Assembly (NCBI GenBank): GCA_035272805.1
Contig: DATEQI010000307.1
Location: 1 to 52,156, forward strand
Length of the DNA: 52,156 nucleotides
Direction: 5' to 3'
Origin: Alphaproteobacteria bacterium
GTDB taxonomy: Bacteria; Pseudomonadota; Alphaproteobacteria; JACZXZ01
Shown: piece after piece, positions 18,526-27,097 of the stretch
How positions within the stretch are numbered: position 1 is the stretch's first letter
Layout: each line of letters starts with the position of its first letter
The notes under the pieces: generated by a model
What the model saw: only the letters and a program-made list of their open reading frames with translations
Database searches by the model: none
What the model was told of the DNA's origin: nothing
Program-made: the position numbers and the translations under genes

Positions 18526-19544
18526 TGCGCCGGCGCCCCCTGCGCGGCGCCTTCATCGGCTTCGGCGGCGTCGCCGCCAAGGGGCATCTGCCCGGCTGGC
18601 GCGCGCGCAGCGACACAACGATCGTCGCCGCGGCCGACGCAGCGCCTCAGCGCCGGCAGGCGTTTCTCGCGGCCTCCCCCGGTGCCCGCGTCTACGAGTC
18701 CGTCGACGAGCTCTTGGCCGGCGAGACCCTCGACTTCGTGGATATCTGCACCCCGCCCGGCAGTCACGCGGGGCTGATCGCGCAGGCACTCGACGCCCGC
18801 CTCCATGTGCTCTGCGAAAAGCCCCTGACAACGCGGCTCGAGGACGCCCGCAGCGTGGCCGACGCCGCCGCGCGTGCCGAGCGCGTCGTGCACACGGTCC
18901 ACAACTGGCTCGCGGCGCCGGTCTGTCTCCGCGTCTCGGCCCTCGTCTCCGAAGGGGCGATAGGGGCGGTGCGCACGCTCCGTTGGCGCACCCTACGGAG
19001 CGCACCCGCGGCCGCGAGCGATGCAGCCGGCAATTGGCGCGTCGATCCGGCGCAGGCGGGCGGCGGCATCCTCCTCGATCACGGCTGGCACGCGCTCTAT
19101 TGCATCATGCGCTGGGCCAGCGGCACACCGCGCGCCCTCTCTGCCTCGCTCGAAACCCGCCGCTTTCGCGAATGGCCGCTCGAGGACACGGCGACGCTCG
19201 CCATCGATCTCGCAACCGCCACCGGCCACGTGCATCTCACCTGGGCGGCTGACGAGCGCGCCAACCACATCGAGCTCGAGGGCGAGCGCGGCAGCATCGC
19301 TGTCGTCGGCGAGAGCGTCCTCTTCGAGGGGCCGTCGGGGAGGAGCTCTTGGTCTTGTCCGCCGTCCTTGTCCGACGGCTCGCACCATCCGGACTGGTTC
19401 GCGGGTGTCGCGGAGGATTTCCACGCCGCGATGGCGGGAGATGGCGCGGGCAATCTGGCCGAGGCGCTTTTGTGCGCGCGGCTGATCGATCTTGCCCAGC
19501 GCTCGAGTGCGGCCGGCGGTGCCAAGCTCCCGCTCGAGGCCTAA
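18525..19544 (+). CDS. Gfo/Idh/MocA-family NAD(P)-dependent oxidoreductase (inositol-dehydrogenase-like)
   Basis: GAFIGFGGVAAKGHLP Rossmann start and the EKP motif (VLCEKPLT). The ATG at 18525 overlaps the upstream TGA (TGATG). It is the C-terminal 339 aa of the 605-aa track ORF. Confidence 0.85.
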   Translation: MRRRPLRGAFIGFGGVAAKGHLPGWRARSDTTIVAAADAAPQRRQAFLAASPGARVYESVDELLAGETLDFVDICTPPGSHAGLIAQALDARLHVLCEKPLTTRLEDARSVADAAARAERVVHTVHNWLAAPVCLRVSALVSEGAIGAVRTLRWRTLRSAPAAASDAAGNWRVDPAQAGGGILLDHGWHALYCIMRWASGTPRALSASLETRRFREWPLEDTATLAIDLATATGHVHLTWAADERANHIELEGERGSIAVVGESVLFEGPSGRSSWSCPPSLSDGSHHPDWFAGVAEDFHAAMAGDGAGNLAEALLCARLIDLAQRSSAAGGAKLPLEA

Positions 19545-20797
19545 GCGCTGGAGGGCGTGGATATCCTCGCCGATCGCTCGCGCAGGTCGAGGAAGAGCAC
19601 CGAGAAGAAGAAGATCGGCGCGCCCAGTCCCGTCAACAGCAAGAACCAGTTTGCTCTGCCGAAAAGCGCAAAGACCAAGATGAGATAGAAGAAATCTCGT
19701 CGGCAGAGCGTGTCGAGGAGCCGGGCCAAGGGGCGCGCCGGCGCGCGCGCGACCGAGGTGAAGAGCGGGCCGGCAGCCGCTTTCGGGCGTAACAGCCGCC
19801 AATAGACGAAGCTCGCCGACCCGAGCGTGCCGAGGACCGCCGAGACCCCGAGCAGGACCGGCAGCAGCCCCCCGTCGCTTAGGCTCCAGCCCCCCGCCAT
19901 GCAGGCGAAGACCGCACTGTGCACGACGTTGTCGCCCCAGAAATCGAGCAATCCGCCCCATCGCGTTTCCTGGAACCTCAAGCGGGCGAGCTCCCCGTCG
20001 CAGCCGTCGAGAATCGAATGGGCGAGGAGGAGGAGTGCCCCCACGGTCTGCCACCGCCCGAGTGGCGAGAGGAAGAAGGGAGCTCCGGCAAGGCCGATGA
20101 CGACGGAGATCAGGGTGATCTCGTTGGGGGTCACGGCCGACGCCGCCAGAAGCCGCGAAATGGCGAGCGAAACGGGCCGCTCGACGTGCCGCGCCATGAA
20201 GCCGTCGGTATCCTTGACGAGCGAGCGCAAGAGACGGCGCTCCGCAGCACGGATATCGGCCGGTGCCGTGACCACCATCGGGTCAACGCCCGCGGATAAT
20301 GCCGCGGGGGCGCCAAAACGCCGGGTCAGCCGCTCGTGCGCGGCCGGGAAATCGCGAGCGCCGCCGTCCGCGGCGAGGGTCGCGAGGGCTTCCGATACGG
20401 CCGCCGCGGGGAGCATGATCACTCGCCCCGGTGCCGCTGCCCAGGCGGCGCCTTCGATCTGCACCTCGGCCAGGCGTTCGAGCCAATCCGTTTCGCCGAG
20501 GATCGTCGCGGGCGCAATGACGAGCGCTACCATGTTCTCCGAGCGTAGTGCCGCTTGAAGCGTGGTCCAATCGGCAGGGCTCGTGATATCCGGCAAAGCG
20601 TCGTCGTCGTGCGCCAGGCGGAATACGCGGGCGTAGCCGGCGCGGCGGGCGGCGAGCGTGGCGCGCTGCGCCAAACCGAGTCCGAGGATCTTGAGATCGC
20701 CACGGTCCGCCGGTGCTGCGCCGGCTGCGCGGGGCGGCACGGCGGCGCTCCGCAAAAGGACCAGATTCGGCGCGGCACTGCGAAGAGGGCTCGACAC
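19541..20797 (-). CDS. CDP-alcohol phosphatidyltransferase with an N-terminal degenerate nucleotidyltransferase-like domain (IPCT/DIPPS-like architecture)
   Basis: Complete motif D-GC-DG-EL-AR-LRFQETRW-G-GLL-D-FWG-D (Dx2DGx2ARx8Gx3Dx3D). KDTDGFMARHVERPVSLAIS linker followed by about 6 TM helices. The N-domain has ILGLGLAQR where a GxGxRL loop is expected. GTG start. Confidence 0.85.
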   Translation of the reverse strand: MSSPLRSAAPNLVLLRSAAVPPRAAGAAPADRGDLKILGLGLAQRATLAARRAGYARVFRLAHDDDALPDITSPADWTTLQAALRSENMVALVIAPATILGETDWLERLAEVQIEGAAWAAAPGRVIMLPAAAVSEALATLAADGGARDFPAAHERLTRRFGAPAALSAGVDPMVVTAPADIRAAERRLLRSLVKDTDGFMARHVERPVSLAISRLLAASAVTPNEITLISVVIGLAGAPFFLSPLGRWQTVGALLLLAHSILDGCDGELARLRFQETRWGGLLDFWGDNVVHSAVFACMAGGWSLSDGGLLPVLLGVSAVLGTLGSASFVYWRLLRPKAAAGPLFTSVARAPARPLARLLDTLCRRDFFYLILVFALFGRANWFLLLTGLGAPIFFFSVLFLDLRERSARISTPSSA

Positions 20798-20865
20798 CGC
20801 GTCGGTATATATGTAATTGCCGTGGGCAACAAGGATCGATCAGACACAGTGCCCGCGCGCGCTCG

Positions 20866-21888
20866 ATGCGGCCGCGGGCAAGGAGCCCTCTCATTCGCCC
20901 CGCGATGATCGCCGCAGCACTTCTCGGTCTGGCGCTTGTCGTCTACCTGATCATCGACAGCGGTGCCGAGGACGTGGCGCATGCCATGCTGTCGGTCGGC
21001 TGGGGCTTAGCTGTGATCGCCGCGTTCCACCTCGTCCCCATGTGTTTGAGTGCGCTCTCCTGGCGCGATCTCTTGCCGCGATCGAGCCGGTTGGATGTGC
21101 TGAGCGTGACATGGATCCGCTGGATTCGCGAATCGATCAACTCGCTGCTGCCGGTCGCCGGTGTGGGCGGCGACGTGGCCTGCGCGCGCCTCGCCCATCT
21201 CTGCGGCGTGCCGGCCAAGCAAGCGGCGGCCAGCATGGTCGTCGACATCACGGTGGGGGCCGCGACACAGCTGCTCTTTGTCGTGATCGGCGTTGGCCTG
21301 CTGCTGATGCGCTCGACCGAGCCCGCCGTGCTCGCGCTCGCCTCGGCGGTGCTGGCCGGCATCGCCGTCTTCATCGCGGCGATCGCGGCATTCCTCGTCT
21401 TGCAGCATCGCGGCATGCTCGCACTGTCGGCCAGGCTCGCGGGCGGGGTGTTGCGGAGCGAGCGGCTCTCGGGTGCTGCGGGCAGCGCTTCGGCGGTCGA
21501 CGATGCCGTCGTCGCCATCTACCGCGACAGGATCGCCTTCTGGCGAGCCGGTCTTGTCCGTCTCATCGGCTGGGCCGCGGGAACGGGCGAGACCTGGCTG
21601 GTGACGCAGTTCCTCGGCCAGCCGCTCAGCCTGCTCGATGCCTTCATCCTCGAAAGCCTCGGTGCCGGCGTGCGCGGGGCGGCGTTCATGGTGCCCGGAC
21701 AGTTGGGCATCCTCGAAGGCAGCTATGTCGTTTTCGGAGCCCTCTTCGGGCTGCCGGCGGAAGCCGCGCTCACGATTTCTCTTGCCAGGCGGGTGCGCGA
21801 GCTGGCTTTGGGCGTGCCGGGCCTGCTTGTCTGGCACTGGATCGAAACCCGCCGCCTGCTGCGCCGCTCGCTGGACGAGGCGAGCTGA
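20866..21888 (+). CDS. Lysylphosphatidylglycerol-synthase-TM / flippase-like domain membrane protein (UPF0104; HpnL-like)
   Basis: About 340 aa, polytopic, with a basic N-terminus then LLGLALVVYLII. The overall pattern is that of the LPG_synthase_TM family. Start could be 20866 or 20905. Confidence 0.75.
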   Translation: MRPRARSPLIRPAMIAAALLGLALVVYLIIDSGAEDVAHAMLSVGWGLAVIAAFHLVPMCLSALSWRDLLPRSSRLDVLSVTWIRWIRESINSLLPVAGVGGDVACARLAHLCGVPAKQAAASMVVDITVGAATQLLFVVIGVGLLLMRSTEPAVLALASAVLAGIAVFIAAIAAFLVLQHRGMLALSARLAGGVLRSERLSGAAGSASAVDDAVVAIYRDRIAFWRAGLVRLIGWAAGTGETWLVTQFLGQPLSLLDAFILESLGAGVRGAAFMVPGQLGILEGSYVVFGALFGLPAEAALTISLARRVRELALGVPGLLVWHWIETRRLLRRSLDEAS

Positions 21889-21903
21889 AGCGGCCTCCGG
21901 CAC

Positions 21904-24546
21904 TCACGGGCGCCTCGAGGCGGCAGGGAGCTCCCGCGGGTCGCGCGGGGCAGCCGTACCTTGGCTCCGCGGCGGCGGCCCGAGGAGGGCCGGCTCGAAG
22001 AGGAGTGCCGTCACCAGCGTCCAAGCGAGGGAGATCACCAGGAGTTTGCCCATGCTGGCGGTACCCGGGTGGGGCGAGAGCCACAGGCTGCCGAAGGCGG
22101 TCGCCGTCGTGAGCGCGCTGAACAGCACCGCGCGCGTGAGGCTCGACTGCAGGAGATTGGTCGCCCCGGAGCGCCACGCGACGACGAAGTAAATGTTGAA
22201 CGCCACGCCGATGCCGAAGAGGAGCGGGAGGGCAATGATGTCGGCGAAATTGAGCGGCGGGCCGATCAGCACGGAGCTCGCCATCGTGAGCAGCCCCATC
22301 AGCAGGATCGGGATCACGGTCATGGCCACGTCGCGGATGCGACGCAGGACGGCCGCAAGGAGGATCGTGATCGCCACGAGCGACCAGAACCCGGCCTGAA
22401 CGAAGGCGCTCACGACCGTCCGGCCCGCCTCCAGGATCGTAATCGGAGCTCCCGTCGCAGCGGGAGCCAGCGTCCGCACCGCCGCGGTGAAGCGTTCGAG
22501 CGTGCGGTTGTCGTTCGAATCGCCCTTGGGATAGACTTCGATCCGCGCGCGGCCGTCCGCGGCTATCCAATCGCGCACGAGCTCCGGCGGCAGGCTCCGA
22601 AGAGTCACCGCTTCGGCTTGCAGCGCGGCGCGCAGCTGATCGAGCATGACCAAGAGCGGCCTGATGAGCGTCTCGGACGCGCGCGCCCGCAGTGCCGGCG
22701 TCCCGGTCGCAAGCGTGTCCAGCACCGCGGCGAGCCGCCGCGCGGCGGCCGCCGCGGCCGTCGTCGCGGCTCCCACGGTCCGTCGCAGCTCGCCGGCCGT
22801 CCGCGCGAGGCTTTGCGCCGTTTCGCCGTCGCTCGGCGCCGGCTTCACGGCGAGCGGATTGAGCGTGAGATCGAGCAGATTGGAGGCGTCCTTGACGAGT
22901 GCCAGCTTTGCCGCTTGGTCGCTCGGAATGAAGCTGCTCAAGCTGAGCGCATGGTCGACCTCGGGGAGTGCGGCCAGGCGCTTGGCGAGGGCGTCCGCGG
23001 CAGCGAGCGAGGGAGCGAGCACGTCGATGGTGTTGGGCGTCTCGTCGGGCTCGGACAGCAGGTCCATCAAGGTCGACGTGGACTCGACGCGGAGGCTCCG
23101 CAGGTGGAGCGGATTGAAGTCGAAACGCACGAGCGGCAGGAGGATCAAGCACAGGATGGCGGCCACGCCGCCGCTGGCGAGAACGCGCCTTCGCCGGCTC
23201 ATGAGATAGCGGTCGAGCGGTGCCAGAGCGGCAAAGCCGATCTCGGCCGTCTCCGCCCCGGGACGCGCGAGCGTCAAGAGAGCGGGGAGCAGCGTTATGC
23301 TGAGGAGGAAGGCGATCACCATGCCCGCCCCCGCGATCACGCCGAGCTCCGAGGCCCCCACGTAGGATGTCGGCAGAAAGGCGCAGAAGCCGACCGCAAT
23401 GGCGCCGGCTGCAAGTGCCAACGAGCCGCCCACCGTCGATCCTGCAGCAGTCAAGGCGTCCCTCAAGTCCCGATGGACGAGGCGCTCGGCACGGTAGCGC
23501 ACGCTGAACTGGATGCCGAAGTCGATGCCCAGCCCGACGAACAGGGGAACGAAGGCGACCGAGATCACGTTGAATCGTCCGACGGCGAGAAGTCCGAGGC
23601 CCGCCGTCGCGAGCAGGCCGACGACGGTCGTGATCACGATGCAGGCGATGATGCGAAGCGAGCGGACGGCAAGCCACAGCATGACCAATACGGCGCCGAG
23701 CGTGCCGAAGGTCATGAGCCAAAGGTGCTGCGTCAAGGTGGAGAACTCCTCGTCCTCCATCTGAACCTCCCCGGTCAAGCGGACCCTGACGCCATTCTGG
23801 GGACTGAGGTCGAGGGCGCGCGCGGCCGCGCGGACGGCATGGCTTGCGCGTGCGGCGGGTGCGAGCGCTCCATAGTCCAACTTGGGCTGCACCAGGATGA
23901 AGCGTCTTGTCTCGCGCGTGCCGGCGGGACCGCCCGAGATGAGCGTTTGCCAGGAGAAAAAGGCCGGCTCTCCTTGCGCCACGCGTCCGAGGGCATCGGC
24001 GAGCTCGGCCAAGGGCCGCGCGAGTTTATCGAGCGTGGTCTCGCCTTGCCGCACGCCCTCGAGTGCTAAGTCGAGGGTGCCCATGACGCCACGCAGGCTT
24101 GGATCCGCGGCCAGCGGACCGAGGAAGCCCTGGCTGGCGATGAGCTGGTCCATCGCGGTCGCCACGTCGGCCAAGGGCAGCAGAAGGAGGCCGTTACGGG
24201 CGAAGAATTGGCTGCCGTCGGGCCGCTCGACCGATTTGAACGAATCGGATCTCGCCGCGAGCCGTGCGGCGAGCCGAGCCGTTCCCCATTCGGCGAGCTC
24301 CGGCGTAGTACCGTCCACGACCACCACGATCGCCGCGCTTTGCCGGGGAAACGCCTCGTCGAAGGCAGCCTTATCCCGTCGCCACGGAAGGTCCGGTGAG
24401 ATCAGGTTGATGCTGTCGGTCGTTATCGCGAAGTGCCGCACGGTATAAACGGCGGAGAGCGCGCCGAGTGCCATCCCCGCCAGGGCGACGACCCAGGCCC
24501 AACGGCAGCACGCATTGACGATACGGGCGATGAGGCGCGGCTTCAC
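21904..24546 (-). CDS. MMPL/RND-superfamily transporter (hopanoid-associated HpnN-like)
   Basis: 880 aa. Two 6-TM bundles, each preceded by a large periplasmic loop. The N-terminus MKPRLIARIVNACCRWAWVVALAG...YTVRHFAITTDSINLISPDLPWRR is typical of the HpnN subgroup as I recall it. Confidence 0.85.
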   Translation of the reverse strand: MKPRLIARIVNACCRWAWVVALAGMALGALSAVYTVRHFAITTDSINLISPDLPWRRDKAAFDEAFPRQSAAIVVVVDGTTPELAEWGTARLAARLAARSDSFKSVERPDGSQFFARNGLLLLPLADVATAMDQLIASQGFLGPLAADPSLRGVMGTLDLALEGVRQGETTLDKLARPLAELADALGRVAQGEPAFFSWQTLISGGPAGTRETRRFILVQPKLDYGALAPAARASHAVRAAARALDLSPQNGVRVRLTGEVQMEDEEFSTLTQHLWLMTFGTLGAVLVMLWLAVRSLRIIACIVITTVVGLLATAGLGLLAVGRFNVISVAFVPLFVGLGIDFGIQFSVRYRAERLVHRDLRDALTAAGSTVGGSLALAAGAIAVGFCAFLPTSYVGASELGVIAGAGMVIAFLLSITLLPALLTLARPGAETAEIGFAALAPLDRYLMSRRRRVLASGGVAAILCLILLPLVRFDFNPLHLRSLRVESTSTLMDLLSEPDETPNTIDVLAPSLAAADALAKRLAALPEVDHALSLSSFIPSDQAAKLALVKDASNLLDLTLNPLAVKPAPSDGETAQSLARTAGELRRTVGAATTAAAAAARRLAAVLDTLATGTPALRARASETLIRPLLVMLDQLRAALQAEAVTLRSLPPELVRDWIAADGRARIEVYPKGDSNDNRTLERFTAAVRTLAPAATGAPITILEAGRTVVSAFVQAGFWSLVAITILLAAVLRRIRDVAMTVIPILLMGLLTMASSVLIGPPLNFADIIALPLLFGIGVAFNIYFVVAWRSGATNLLQSSLTRAVLFSALTTATAFGSLWLSPHPGTASMGKLLVISLAWTLVTALLFEPALLGPPPRSQGTAAPRDPRELPAASRRP

Positions 24547-24881
24547 GATCGATGCGTTGCCGCATGGCGCTTGGGAAACATCCGTCGACGCCTCGGCTCT
24601 CGGAGGTTCTTGCCCACCATATCCAGCTCCTCAGCACGATCGCCGACGGTCGCCCATAGCAGTTTGCTCCGTGAGCCATCGAGAGGTTTCATGCCCGCCC
24701 TCGCGTGCGGCGCCTCGAGATATGCGACGTATCTTGGCGGCAAGCCTCACGCACGTCCGCGAGATGGCCGCCGAACGTCAAAACAAGCCACCGGTTGGGA
24801 GCCGCGATGCAGCCCGACCCAACTCAAGCCCTATTCCCCATATGACGCGCTGATTTACGCACAGATTCAGGCGACCGAGAA

Positions 24882-24905
24882 GAACCGCCCGATTTCGGGC
24901 GGTTC
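24882..24905 (-). terminator. Stem-loop downstream of the glycosyltransferase gene
   Basis: Perfect 9-bp stem GAACCGCCC / GGGCGGTTC with 6-nt loop GATTTC, about 40 nt after the stop at 24946. On the minus strand it is followed by TTCT only (weak U-tract). Confidence 0.4.
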
Positions 24906-24945
24906 CATGCCTGGCCGAATGAGACCAACCTTGGCGAGCACATCG

Positions 24946-26355
24946 CTACTCCTTGTTTGCCGGCACCGGTCGATCGAGCTTGCCGATGAGTGCCTGCACA
25001 CAATCGGCCCACGTGCGGGGGCGGTATTCGGCCTGCAGCCGCGCCTCCCGCGCCGCCAGATAGCCGGGATCGAAGAGCAATCTCTCAATCTTCGCCAGCG
25101 CATCGTCATCATTCGATGGATCGAAATAGTCGATAAAGTCACCGCCAACTTCCGGGATCGATGTGCGGTTCGAAGCAACGCAGAACTTGCCCTCCGCGAG
25201 GCTTTCCGCAATCGGCAATCCCCAACCCTCGCAAAGACTCGGAAATATCGTGAACAAGCAGGAACGATAAGCTTGGCGTAGCTCCGCGTCCGACAGGCCG
25301 GACATGAGTTTAATCTTGCCGCCCAGATAGTCGCACGCTGCGAGGTCCGCGAGCAGGTCGTCGACCAGCCAACCGATCTGCCCGGCGAAGATCAAGACCG
25401 GCACGGCATCCGGGCCGTGCCGCTCCAGCAGGCGTCGCCATACTCTGACGAGCAGCCCGTGGTTCTTGCGAATTTCAATTGTAGAAACGAACAGCACGTA
25501 CCGCTGAGGAAGGCGTATCGTACTTCGGTCTCCGGCAATCGGGCGATCGCTTAAGCCTGCGCCCGGCTCCAAGAGCTCGACACGAGGCAGTGCCCATCCC
25601 GCGTCCGCAGCCAAACCAAGCAGCGTATCGCGCGAATACTTCGACACGGTGAGCATCACATCTGCAACGGGTATCGCTTCTTGGAGCCATTTTCGGAATT
25701 GGTGAACGTGCCGTTGCTCGACAAAGGATTCATGTTCTATCGGAATGAGATCGTAAATCAGCGTGGAGAACTTGATCCCGTAGCGCCGCTTCGCTTGGGC
25801 AATATGCTTCACATAGTGAGGCAATGCCCAAGAGGCGCCGAGCGAGACGAGGATATCCCCACGGCGCACGGAGCGCTCGAAACGGCGCCGCTGGAGTCTC
25901 ATTTCGATGAGATCGCGAATCGCAGTCTTAAATATCCAAAAGAAAAATCGCGGATGGCGGATGATCACAGGCGGCATGTTGGAGAATTCGCTGAAAACCC
26001 GCGCCGGCTCCCAAACCGTCTTCCACGGGGCGCCGGCGCCTGGCGGGTTCAAGTATGCCGAGATGACTGCATCGAACCCGATCGGCTTGAATTGCTTGGT
26101 GTACACGCTGAGCCGGCAAAACCTCACGCGTCCCGTAGGACCGTAGAGCCTCTCAGCTTCGACAAAGATCTCGAACGGTACGCGCTGCAGGCCGGTCGGG
26201 CTGCGAAAATGATCAAAATATCGGAGAAAATCCTCAACTTCGAACCACACCACCGGCTGGCGGTTCTTCCGGACGCGACCGTCTCCTTCAGCTGATCCGT
26301 CAGCAGCGTTCATGTGGCCGTTCCTGGATTGCGCCCGCTCAATGTCGGCCGGCAA
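24946..26355 (-). CDS. Glycosyltransferase family 1 (GT-B, GT4-like)
   Basis: 469 aa. C-terminal GT1 core VLFVSTIEIRKNH...LIFAGQIG...SLCEGWGLPIAESLAEGKFCVASNRTSIPEVGG (EX7E-type motif). Visibly lower GC than its neighbours. Confidence 0.85.
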   Translation of the reverse strand: MPADIERAQSRNGHMNAADGSAEGDGRVRKNRQPVVWFEVEDFLRYFDHFRSPTGLQRVPFEIFVEAERLYGPTGRVRFCRLSVYTKQFKPIGFDAVISAYLNPPGAGAPWKTVWEPARVFSEFSNMPPVIIRHPRFFFWIFKTAIRDLIEMRLQRRRFERSVRRGDILVSLGASWALPHYVKHIAQAKRRYGIKFSTLIYDLIPIEHESFVEQRHVHQFRKWLQEAIPVADVMLTVSKYSRDTLLGLAADAGWALPRVELLEPGAGLSDRPIAGDRSTIRLPQRYVLFVSTIEIRKNHGLLVRVWRRLLERHGPDAVPVLIFAGQIGWLVDDLLADLAACDYLGGKIKLMSGLSDAELRQAYRSCLFTIFPSLCEGWGLPIAESLAEGKFCVASNRTSIPEVGGDFIDYFDPSNDDDALAKIERLLFDPGYLAAREARLQAEYRPRTWADCVQALIGKLDRPVPANKE

Positions 26356-26379
26356 TCGAGGTCGCGGCCAGGAGGATGT

Positions 26380-27097
26380 TCAACCGACATTCCCCAGATG
26401 ACTGGGGATCGGCGCGAACGATAACATTCTGCTGGGATAGGCGGAAGCCGAAAGGCGGCGTCCGGGACGCTTCCGGCGTTGGGCGCGGCCCGCACCATTC
26501 TGAAGAGGCCGACTCGGCCATTTCGCTCGTCTCATTCGGACACAGTCCTCCGGCCGTGATGATACGCCCGACCATCCCGGTTCCTGCGCTGGGGCCGGTC
26601 TTGGTCGCAGTCCATCGATCAGCCGCAGCATTTCCCCAAACAATTCCCTCGGCACCGCGATCTCGGCCATCTGGAAGATGACGTAGCGGCCGTGGCTCAC
26701 CACATTGGCGCCGATCTTCACGAGCTTCTCCCCGAGGCTGGTCAGCGACCAGTGCGCGATTGCCTCGGGTGATGCCAGCGTCCGCATGAAGTTGGCGGGA
26801 TTGTAGGGCAGCGCATCGCAGGCTCGCGGCACAGCCGCTCGGCGTCGTTCACGTCCTCGTAGTCCGCGAGACGCCCGAACACGGACTGTCGCAGTAAGCC
26901 GACCAATGCATGCCGACCATCCTTGCCGGTGCGCGCATCGACGAGCACGTTGCCCGCCATCGCAGTCAAGCCGAGGCGTTGTCCAACTCGCGATATGCCA
27001 GCAACCCGGCGTCCGACGTGACGGCGGGGCCGCGAAACTCCAGCCTCACACCGCAGTCGAAATAGAGCCTCAGACCGCCACTTTCCGACTCAGCCAC
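26380..27097 (-). mobile_element. IS1380-family transposase relic (internally deleted, frameshifted)
   Basis: Three frames carry collinear pieces. Piece 1: [22 protein letters not shown]. Piece 2: RHALVGLLRQSVFGRLADYEDVNDAERLCREPAMR. Piece 3: ALPYNPANFMRTLASPEAIAHWSLTSLGEKLVKIGANVVSHGRYVIFQMAEIAVPRELFGEMLRLIDGLRPRP. About 270 central codons are missing at roughly 26815. Confidence 0.7.

Noticed and set aside
24543-24880. Short ORFs (66-112 aa) in the gap between the MMPL gene and the glycosyltransferase.
   Set aside because: They have no motifs, mutually overlap in several frames, and have poor start contexts. They are treated as non-coding or decayed sequence.
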